The position numbers and the translations under genes are program-made. From contig OZ024745.1 of assembly GCA_964016885.1 (NCBI GenBank), forward strand, positions 117,490,001 to 117,554,000: a DNA stretch of 64,000 nucleotides, in the 5' to 3' direction. Below are positions 53,336 through 64,000 of the stretch, one piece after another. This DNA is from Eledone cirrhosa (lineage: Eukaryota). Below the pieces are notes generated by a model. That model was not told the DNA's origin and did not search any database. It saw only the letters and a program-made list of their open reading frames with translations. Each line of letters begins with the position of its first letter. The stretch's first letter is position 1.

Positions 53336-55445
53336 CATGTAAAATCAAGTTTAAATATCAACTCCCCAAAACATTTTAAGTACAGTTACTCTCCTTTTTA
53401 CAGGGAAAACATGGAAAATTTTACAAACAATCAAAGTGAAAATTGTTTTAGTAATTCATTTAGCAAACTTTTTTAATAAATTAGTTTTGTTAATTTTCAC
53501 TAATTTTGTTAATTTTTGCTTCAAGAATTCCTGCCTTAAGTTAAACATAGTTGTCTCTCTGGAACAAATGATGTCATATGATTCAGCCAAATAAATATAA
53601 TTATGCTTGACACTAAATATTGAGTACTTTTTTTATAAACAAAGTATATACAGAGACACATACATACATTAATTAATTAATTATCTAAAATGTATTATAT
53701 TAAATTTCTAATGAAAAGAAAGTCATATCAAAGAGAAAAAAGTAATAAAAGGACAGTCAGCTTAATTTAGAAAAAAGTTTTTTTTTTTTTTTATTTCATC
53801 TACTTGTGTGTTTCTGCATTAAATATAGCATAAATTTGTTTACCTTTCATGAATTAAAATTTAATATTTCTTATGTGGGTACATTTTCATTAGCATCAGC
53901 ATGACATTTTTACATGGCTTAAATATATTCAAATTGTTAGATTATTGCACTAATTCTAATATTTTTAATTGGAACAGTAGAATAGCCTTTTCTTTTGCAA
54001 AAGAATTTAAGTTGTGAGTTTTAAAAATGACTTTTTATTTTCTGTCATTGATTATATTCACATGGTTAATTTCATTGTAAATTTCTGTCACATGCTTAAT
54101 AGTTAGTTGTGCTAAATGTTAAAAAACCCAACAGGTAGTCTATTGTTTCTTTGAGGTAGTTTATTTTAAATGATTATTACTATTAGCTTTAAGATAAAAT
54201 ACTTCATTTTCTGTCTTATATTTTTTTTTTATTGTGTAGTATCTTGCTTTCTAAATTTGATAGCTTTATAATATCATATTTAGTTTTTAGGCATTTGCTA
54301 TTTTTGCAGCTTTTGCTTAATTTTCTGCTCATCAAAATCTTGCATGACTATTTTCCTAGTTTCCATATTATGTTCTTTCACAATTTGAACCATATCAAGT
54401 AATCAATACAATGAATTTGTGTATAAACATCTATGTATTATTGTTCAGTTAGGTATGTTTCTCTTTAAATGTTATATTTTATTGTGGCTTTCCAGAATAA
54501 TTTAGTTATTCAAGAATTAAATTGATTTCTTCAGTAAAATAATGTTATCATTTTAGAACTCTCATTCTTTTCAAAAGTTATTGTTATTGATATTTTCACT
54601 TTTCATAAATGTTACTTTATCCTTTTCAATAATTTAGTGATGTGATTTTAGTAATATTTTTAATGAAAATTACTGTTGCCCTTATATGCTAATTTTCCTA
54701 TATATGTGTTATTACCCGGCTCACGAGATTCTTTCAAAGCAGTATATCCCTTAAAAGGGATGTTAAAAGTCATGAAATAAATATATGCTATTGCTATCTA
54801 TATCTGTGCCTTAATCTGTTTTAATAATTTTAGATTAGATGTTAGAGGATTAAAGTATGACAATGTTTTTTAAGTATTTTTTTTCAATTTCTTAAATTTT
54901 TAAATGAACTGTTAAATTCAAGTTTATCAAAATATCAAAATTAATTGATGAGAGAAATTCAATGTTTTCTTGGAGATTTAAAGATAAAAAAATCAAATGC
55001 AAAACAGTGAATATTCATTATGAATGTAAAGATATTGCGTATTGATATGAATTATTGAAGACTATATTTTGAAGTTTGATGACTTTTGTAATCTTTAACA
55101 TATTAGTGTACTTTGTTTGGAGATGCTTAAGGATGAATGGAATCTTATATACATCAGAAATCCTGCAATGTTTATTTATGACAATTATTTTCACATAAAA
55201 TGTTTAGTTGGGTTGGTATTAAAATTAAAATGTTTATGATTTTTCATAATGAGTTTCATTCAAATTGCTGAAGCTGAGATTGAAAATTTAGCCATAGAAT
55301 CAGTATTTATTACTTCACCCTTTGATTATTCAACTTGTGGCCAATAAATGAAATCATAATTATCATTATTATCATCAGAATTATTTTCTCTCTCAGCGTT
55401 TCATTGATATTGGATTGGTAGATATCAAGTTGCATCCTACATCCT

Positions 55446-55686
55446 TAACCCTTTAGCATACTACATCATTAACCCTTTAGTATTTAAACTGGCCATATCC
55501 AGCCAGAATTCTCTCATCTCCTTCTGTTCAAACTGGCTGTAACCAGCTGCTCATGCGTTATGTTAAGGTATTGTTCTCAAAATGGATGATATCAAAATCG
55601 CGTAGATTCAATATTATATGAAATAAAGAGTTTACTGTGAAAATACAATAGTAAATATAGAGTAATGTAACTGCTAAAGTGTTAAA
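55446..55686 (+). mobile_element. piggyBac-like MITE with a duplicated left end
   Basis: TTAACCCTTTAG at both 55446 and 55469; body as in the other copies. Confidence 0.8.
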
Positions 55687-55689
55687 TAA

Positions 55690-56620
55690 TTATCACCTTT
55701 CTTATGATTCTTGCTGTGCCAAGAAAAATATTTTCAGTAGAGTCAGAAATTTCACCTCAATATCAAGCTTTTTAAATTAACCATTCAAACATATTACTAC
55801 TGTCACGAAGGTTCCTATTGCAATTGATATACCAACTTTATGGCAATTTCCAATTTTCTCATATTTTTCTACTTTATCACATTCTTTGCCACTTCAATAT
55901 ATCAAACAAGCAAGCAATATCAATTAAACAATACAGTCTTTCTTTATTGAATATAATAATATCTAGGTATATATGTTCCACTTGCCTATCTGTTTGAATC
56001 ACACCCTATATTATCTTTACATGGTTGTTTTTGAGAGCATGTTCTGCTTTAAGATTCTATCACTTTTCCACATGCTCAAATCTAAACTTTTTACAAATTC
56101 TTCAATGTAAGATTGTAGTAACTTTGTGTTTTCAGTACTTATGACCCTTCTGTGTAAGCATCTTTCGTTCAACAACTACATGCTCAACCATCTTTTCTCT
56201 TTCACTACACATTCTATATACAGTCAAGATATCTTCTTTATCTGTAGTCTTTCTGATTGCTTGGTCCTGCACAGCTAGGATTAAGCACACTGTCTTTCTC
56301 TTCAGGTCTGCCTTCTTTAACCAGTGGATTGAGTTCTAATCTTCACACCCTTAACTATTCTGTGTAAGTTCTTCTATTTGTATTGTTACTTTCTAGTTTG
56401 GGGCATTTTCCAATCTTCTATGCTTACTCTTATCAGTTCAGTGCCATTTTGAACATTTTTAGTGTCTTCAGAATCTAAAAGTGCAGGACCATAACATGTT
56501 TTCTTGTAATCAATCCACCCCGTCATTCAACCAGTTTGTCTTCTCTTGAAATTTCTTATCTTGTCAATTACCAGCTCAAGTTTTGTCCAACATGAATTTC
56601 TTTGACATTCTTTGTTAATT
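55690..56620 (-). mobile_element. Decayed R4/Dong-like non-LTR element C-terminus
   Basis: AVQDQAIRK..YRMCSEREKMVEHVV (degenerate CCHC knuckle) and IQTDRQVEH resemble the REL-endonuclease region. Confidence 0.6.
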
Positions 56621-56681
56621 AGGCAGTAGATAGTTGAAGAATTGAAAAACAGGCCCACCCACAGGCAGGCAGTCACTACAT

Positions 56682-56781
56682 CAGAGGTTCTCAAACTTTT
56701 TGTGCCACCGCCCTCTCATGGCCACGTAATACCACGTAATACCACGTAATCTTTATTTAGCACTCACTTAGAGAACCTCTA
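56682..56781. mobile_element. 100-bp hAT-type MITE
   Basis: CAGAGGTTCTC / GAGAACCTCTA ends, TSD CACTACAT/CTCTACAT, internal (CCACGTAATA)x3. Confidence 0.7.
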
Positions 56782-57629
56782 CTCTACATGATGGAGGACA
56801 TCCTGAGCTGATTCGATGTCATCTGCATAGTCAAGATTAGAGAGTACAATAGCTTGATGATCAAGCATGGAGTGCAATAAATTCATTACAAAAAGTCTGG
56901 AAAGCTCCCATCCCAAGATCTACGAAGTGCAAAGTCTTCAAACCTATGGCCGAAACCATCTCACTATATGGTTTGGAATCCTGGACTCTCAGTGTCACTT
57001 ACTCTAGGTGACTTGATTTTTACACTAAGATGTTACATGTGGTGTTCAACATTTTGTAGTCACACTACCAACAAAGTTCTTTGTGGTGATCTGCAACAAG
57101 TTTCATTGAAAGTTTGATCCCAATATTTCTCGCCATGATGAACCTGTAGGGAAACTGCTTCTCTGACTACCAGAAGCAAAGCGCCAAGTAGGAAGTTCAA
57201 ACATAACCATCAGGACTCTCTTAGCAAAGAATACTGGCCTCACTGGACAGCATTTTCTTGCAGCGATGAGAAATCAGGAAGTTTGGAACAAGAACTTTGT
57301 GCATGTTTCATCTTTGATGGAGGAATAACTCGAGAAGAAGAGACAGAAAACTGTGCATACATGCTTGTTAACAATTTCAAATGTAACTGTCGACAAGTTA
57401 TTGGTTTGTAGACCTCAGCACCTTTTTGTTGGTCTTTTTTGATAAGGGTTTTCTTGCCCTTAGTTATCCAATTCAGGATATTTCCATTTTAGAGACATTC
57501 TTTTGATAAATTCAGCAGGACTTGCCTGGGTCTTTTTTTAATGTTCTTTAGCCAGAACCCTTGAAATCCATCTAGTTCAGAGACTTTCCAATTAGGTAAT
57601 TTTACAGCTTAGTACTACTACTACTACTA

Positions 57630-58280
57630 CCTGGAAACTGAAAGAGCCCTCAACTAGGGACAAATTCATGACCTGCTTGATGCTTATTACAATAAGTAGG
57701 AGATAGTAGGTTAGCTGAGGTGATTAAAGCTAAGAAACAGGCATGGAAGTAGGGAGCTATACTAAGAAGCAATGAGAGAAGCTAGGCACCAGGTGCACTT
57801 AGCCAGAAGTGAAGCAGAAAGTAAAATGTTTTATGCTATGAGGACCAATGTTGTGAAGATTTCTAGATTGCAAAGCAGCTTCCTGAAGAAAGTTTGGATT
57901 TCATTGGAGAGAAATACATCCAAAATAACAGTGGTGCTCCTGTCCTCACTGATGCTGAAAAAAAGAAGCATGGAAGGGGCATTATAAGAAACTGTTGAAT
58001 AAAGTAAATGTATGGAAGAAGAAGAGTCTAGCCTAAGTAGATCCAACTGAGGGAGTGGTCATTTAGTTTAGCAGCAGTATGGTAGGTAAGACAATTAAGG
58101 ATATAAAGGTGTGGCCGCTGGACCTTCAGGGTTAGTTGCCAAAAGGTGGAAGCATCTGGGATGGCTACATCTTGCAGTTATTAAATCAGGTATTACAGAA
58201 TGAAGTCTTACCCAAAGACTGGTGTGGCAGCAGTATTGTGAACTGCTACAAGGACAAAGTAGATGTTATATTGAAATGTT
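57630..58280 (+). mobile_element. Decayed RTE ORF2 fragment upstream of RT
   Basis: EVIKAKKQAWK, REARHQVHLARSE, PKDWCGSSIVNCYKDKVD. Confidence 0.65.
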
Positions 58281-59582
58281 CCATTGAAAAATAGGGCAGT
58301 AGTGTCATCCAGAGACCTCCTTTTCCATATTGGTGGGCTTGGCTACAAGAGATGTAGACAATTTAAGCTATCATAAGGTGATAAAGATAAAAATAAGTGA
58401 TGACTTTCTGGTATTTTAGATGACATTTGGCTTTTATATTTTTATGCTTATCCCTTTTTTCTTTCTTCATGCCAGTCAATTTTTCTTATGCTCTAACATT
58501 CTAAAAACTATTGTAATTTGACTGAGAGTCTCCTTTTCTTCTCATTATTGTTGCTGTTGTATTGGTGGTAGTAGATTGACAGAAACATTAGAATCAAAGG
58601 GCTTGGCAGTATTTGATTTGCACCTCTTAAAATTTATAGGTGTATGAGAATTTGAACTTCTCTAGGTTCTGCAGATAATTATGAAAGAATCATTTTGTAT
58701 TATACATCAAACTGTATGTAATTGAACATATTTTTACAAAAGTGTGTTTATTTGTGATATTTTATGTCTATGGTAAGTAATTATATGCTGAAAATTATTT
58801 TATAATTACATACATATTGCATAGTCTTACATCATTGCCCTTCGATATAAAATAATCTAATTTGTGAATTTACATATACTTTTACATAATCTAGCTAAGT
58901 TTTATGAATATCTATAAACATAAATTGCTGTGTCACAAAATCCAAGGATTGTGCACTCTAAAGCAACTCTATTTGGAACAACTTACACATGCACATGGGA
59001 TGAAGAGGTATTTTCTTTGAGCAACCACTGCAATAAAAGTTGTTTAAACTCTTGTGCTCAAGTTACTGCTCTTTAAATAGTCTGTCCCTTGTGTCATAGA
59101 GTGCAAGATGTGAGTCCTGCACTCTCTTTATAAATTGTACCTTTATGTGAAGATAATTTTGTGTCATGTTAGCTGCCATTTCACAAAACTAGTGAACTAC
59201 ATCTTGTTTGAAGATTTTGAAATTGATTTTCTTAGCGCCATCAGGATAGGAAACAATGAAGAGGACATGCATTTTACTGAGCAACTTGGCCAAATTCCAA
59301 AAATTCTTCATTAAAAAGAAGTTGAAAAACCTGCTTGTTCTGTTGGAATAGAAAGGGATAGTTTAAAGTAGATTTACTGTGGAGTTGGATGTAAATCTTG
59401 CAGTAAACATGTCAGCTTTCTCTGCAGAAGTATTAGTTAAATAATCCTTATTGAGATGCAGGATAAGAAAGATTCTCTAAAATTTGTAAAGATCCTTTTG
59501 ACAAGAAACCAAAAAGATCAGCTACAGTTTGAAGGGTGAGAGCATATTTTCTTATCACCCAAAATATTATCATTATTACTGC

Positions 59583-60133
59583 GGTGGATTGGCAGTATCG
59601 GTAGAGGGTCGGACGCCATGCTTTCCAGCATAGTTACGTCCCTTTACGATCTGAGTTCAAATCCCGCCGAGGTTGACTTTGCCTTTCATCCTTACGGGGT
59701 CGATAAAATAAAGTACCAGTAATGAACTGGGTAATTGCTGGCCTTGTGCCTAAAGTAGAAACAATTATTACTTCTGTGGATTGGCAGTATCAGTAGAGGG
59801 TCTGATGCCATGCTTTATAGCAAAGAGTTACGGCCCTTTATGGTCTGAGTTCAAATCCCGCCGAGGTTAACTTTGCCTTTCATCCTTACGGGGTCGATAA
59901 AATAAAGTACCAGTAATACACCTGGGATAATTGCTGGCCTTGTGCCAAAAATAGAAACTATTATTACTTTTCTATGGCGGAGGGTTGGACGCCATACTTT
60001 TCAGCACAGAGTTGTGTCCCTTTATGTTCTGAATTCAAATCCTGCCAAGGTTAGCTTTGCCTTTCATCCTTATGGGGTTGATAAAATAAAGCACCAGTAA
60101 TTGCTGGCCTTGTGCCAAAAATAGAAACAATTC
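59583..60133 (+). mobile_element. Three SINE family A copies in tandem
   Basis: Copies at about 59583-59769, 59776-59965 and 59977-60133. Confidence 0.92.
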
Positions 60134-61869
60134 TTACTTTTCTATGAATATAATATATTTACAGAATGAAAATATAGACACAAATAATACAATACTTAAT
60201 AAATACAATTAATTATTGATAGGAACCTTATAAATGTAATGCACAAAAAAATATAATCAAAGCGAGAGAAAAACATAACAAAAAAAAACAACATTAATTC
60301 ACCACCAAGTGCGTCAATTGGTCACACATGAGAGTCAGTGGAAATTTGTTTATAAATACAAACCTTTTAAAATGACTAATTGTACATCATAAAATCAGGG
60401 CAGTTTCAGGTGGGTTGGTATCAAATGGGTTAAAAGTATTGGTATAATTCTAATGATTTGGTCTTGTTGAGATGGATATTTGGTTGTATGTTGTTTTGTG
60501 ATGCTGGTAAGAGGGATGGGGGATTTTCTAGGTTTTATCATGATTTATTTCTCTGAAGCCAACTTTCTCGATGGTTGATGTAGAATTGGAATAGTTGTGC
60601 AGCTGTGTCTGGCAATGTGATGTATATTTTATGGAGGTGTAAGTTAAAAAGAATGGATGATCGTTTTCTTACATGGTTAGATACTAACTAATGGTCTAAC
60701 CTTGTATAGAGATTAATGACAGTAACAACATAGAAAAAACTGCTTCTGAATTAGATAAACGAATAAATATTATCAGAAGTAAATTTGGCAGCCTCCCTCT
60801 TAATACCTTTTGAAGCAAGCCAACATACTGGTAGCATTAGTGCAGGTGATAGAGAGGCTAATGCACTGGAACAGCCAAGCACCCTCACATACATCACCTA
60901 AAGGATCTATTGATAAATCAAAGAGATTTTTCAATACTCAGTGAATTGTATTCACTCAAGTATAAAATATAATATTATCAATCTCATTTTTCTGTAATTC
61001 CTGAAAGCAAGAACATTCTGAAAATTCATTTTGATTTCTTTTATGCTATCAACTTATATTTTCCCTTCAATGTCTTAATCTGATTCTGTGAAATAGAATT
61101 ATAGAATTATTTTGGTTTCTTTACATGTATCAAAAATAATTTATTTCCCCAGTCGCATTTTGTGCTGACTTTTAGCATTCTATCTTTTTTGAATTCTATA
61201 CTTTATTGAATCGTTATCAAACTTTTAACATTCTATACTTTATTCAATCATTATCAAAATGTTATTTTTTTCTTTTTTGCCTGAGTTAGTTGAAGCCAAA
61301 TAATCATTCTTTACTGCTACCTAAAAAATACTATCTTAAAATGTTTTGTGTTTTTATACTTTAAAAAAAAAAATGTTTTTAGTATTTTTTTTATAATTTT
61401 GGATCTGATATTGATTTTTAGCTTAATATAATTCTCCTCAAATGCTTGTCAGATATTATCTCTAGAATATTTCTAGTTAGGAAGGAAATTTGTGTCACAA
61501 TAATAATCAACAAATCTAGTGAAATCTTTTCTTTTTTTTCCCCTTATTTAGAAGTTTTAGAATATTACCTATTATTAAAAGCTTCCTTTTTTATTTTGTT
61601 TATTTTACAATCTAAAACATGCTCTATAAAGTATTGTTAATATATTCGTTCTTCAGAAAATAATAGCAACTAACAGTGCTACCTGGCAGCACCCAGGTGC
61701 CAAATATTTGGCAATTTTCTTTTATTACTTAAATTACTTAAATTTTAGCAGGTTTTTGGGGAGTTTTTCTTTTTTTTTTTACATATACCAATTAACAACC
61801 ATACACACATATAGTGATTTGCAATTACTCACACAGATAAACTTACATGTTAATATATGGATTTACAGA

Positions 61870-63160
61870 CATCATCGGTTTTATGCTCACTTTTCCATGC
61901 TTGCATGGGTTGGACGGGTCCTTTTCAGCATGACATCTCTCCACTTGTCGCGTTCTTTCATCATCTCATTGCACACCGCACGTAGGCATTATACAGCCTT
62001 CCTTTTGTACGGAGGGAGAAACCTTTTGTTCTCAACAGTGGGAGTACTTCTCTAATCTTCTCCCATCCTATCCCTATTCTAGCTATTATGCTCATGGCGC
62101 ACCCTCCTCTGCTGCTAATTAGGTCGCCTAGATAGCAGAACCACGTCTATGGGTCCTTCCTGAGACTAGTTTATATCATTAGCACTCTTCCTCTCAATTT
62201 CTCCTGTGCATCTTCTACATGCAAAGTTCTCCCTTCCTGTTAGTCTACTCGTTATCCCACTACATATTTTGTGTACATTGTATGGAGTTTATGCCTACTC
62301 CCTTTCTGCATATTAAGCATGGCCACTTCCCTGAGGAAATCTGGGTCCTGTCTTCTCTCCTACTCACTAGCACTTTAGTTTTGGCTAAATTTACTCTCAG
62401 ACTTTTTGATTCTAAATTTAGTTTCCATAATCGGAATTTATTCTCTAGTTCTCTTTTGGTTTTAGCTATGACCAAATCATCTGCATAGAGAAGTTCCTAT
62501 GGGCTGGCCATTTTAAAATCCTCTGTTATGGCCTGAAGAACTATGATGAACAGCAGTGGGTTAAGAACTGAACCTTGATGAACTCCTACCTGTACCTTGA
62601 ATTCCTCACTAAACTCATTTCCTACTCTCACTTTACTGACATTTCCTCAGTATATAGCTTGCACTGCTCTCACAAACCATTCTTCTATGCCTAATTTCCT
62701 TAAGGACCACCAGATAATAGATCAAAGGCCTTTTCTAAATCAACAAAAGCTAAATATAGCAGCTTATTTTTGGCTAGGAACTTCACTAAGAAGTGGGCAT
62801 CTATAGTACTTTTCCCAGGCATGAAACCAAACTGCATCTCATCTAATTTGACTCTTTCCCTAATTAGCTGTGGTATAACTCTTTCTGTCACTTTCATAAC
62901 TTTCCTAACATCACATGTCCATACTATCACAGTCTTCTCTCAACTTGTCTATGCTATGCCATTCATACACACTAACATTACACGTCCACTGGAGCATGCT
63001 TGCTTCATTTCTTTCTGGTATTCTGTAGTCAAGGTCCATGTCTCACTGCCTTATAGTATTGCAGTTTGTATGCAGGTGTCATACAGTCAACCCTTCATTT
63101 GAGAGTGAAGCCTTTTGTTATCAGCAGAGGTTCAAACTACTTAAACCCCTTCTGGCCCAT
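61870..63160 (-). mobile_element. Rearranged RTE LINE fragment
   Basis: EMQFGFMPGKSTIDA, AFVDLEKAFD, YADD, WPCLICRKGVGINSIQCTQ. Confidence 0.9.
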
Positions 63161-63623
63161 TCTCTTATTTACTAAAGAATTCTATATCAACTAAAGTACA
63201 ATCGTTGACATTTACTCATTGTCTCATTCACCACTACTTCAGAAAATATATTGATGATTATACTTCACTGGTGATGTTAGAAGCCGCCTGAAACATGTCA
63301 GGAGTTCTCTTCCTTACTTGCCAGAATAATAATAGTATTATTCATGACTATTGTTGTTTTCCCTCATTGCATAAATATTTCAACTTAGCTATATTATTGC
63401 TACCCAAATTAATTATAGTCACACTAACTTACCTTTGTGTTTCATTTGAATAGCATCTCTGAATTGTAAAATGCATGTGTTCTTGCATTGCAAAGAATTT
63501 GGTTTGTTTACAACAAAATATTTCTTACAGCAACATTTGCAGGACACCTCAATAAATAATCATCAAATTCTTTCTGTCTGTGATTGTAACAATGCTAATA
63601 TTTATATTGTTATTGAACTCCAG

Positions 63624-63654
63624 ATAGAGGAAACTTCCCCACATACATCTGCAT
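63624..63654 (+). CDS. Weak candidate exon (IEETSPHTSA)
   Basis: ctaat branch-like motif, ctccag acceptor, weak T|gtatgc donor, open in phase 0. Confidence 0.25.
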
Positions 63655-64000
63655 GTATGCATATCCAAAGAAGAAAATAATATTAAAAAGTCATTACAGA
63701 GATGTTTGATGCCAAAGAGTAATCAATATAGAAAGAGGTTAAAGAATCAATAAACGTAATTAGTGTAAATATATTTAATGCAGATTGCATTAAAAAGCTA
63801 ATTTGATTATGCAATGAGGAAAAAAACAATATTAGTCATTGACTAATATTGTTTTTTCTGGCAAGTATGGGAGAGAACAATCTCTGACATGTTTCAGTCT
63901 TATTCTGACCTCTTCAGTAAAGTATAGCCATCAATATATTTACTAAAGCAGTGATGAAATAATCACTACGTAAACGTACAAGATTCTGTATTGATTAGCA

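Overview
AT-rich, repeat-dense animal genomic DNA; the SINE, RTE and microsatellite repertoire suggests an octopus or other cephalopod (inference). One plus-strand host gene spans the window: small exons at 2801, 3665, 15006, 26956, 28169, 32528, 40677 and probably 45295 splice in frame into the coiled-coil domain of an IRAG/MRVI1-LRMP(Jaw1) family protein, apparently from an ATG-bearing first exon lying just before the coiled coil. The introns hold RTE LINE fragments whose RT carries an inserted C4HC3 PHD-like finger, tRNA-derived SINEs, piggyBac-, hAT-, Tigger- and mariner-type MITEs, Helitron, R4/Dong and Penelope relics, minisatellites and long (TA)n tracts. The least expected signal is a set of four near-intact minimal type I hammerhead ribozyme motifs, plus degenerate ones, in short non-coding elements beside (TA)n/(GT)n tracts, two of them in fold-back structures. 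Exon and ribozyme coordinates were counted by hand; repeat boundaries are approximate.
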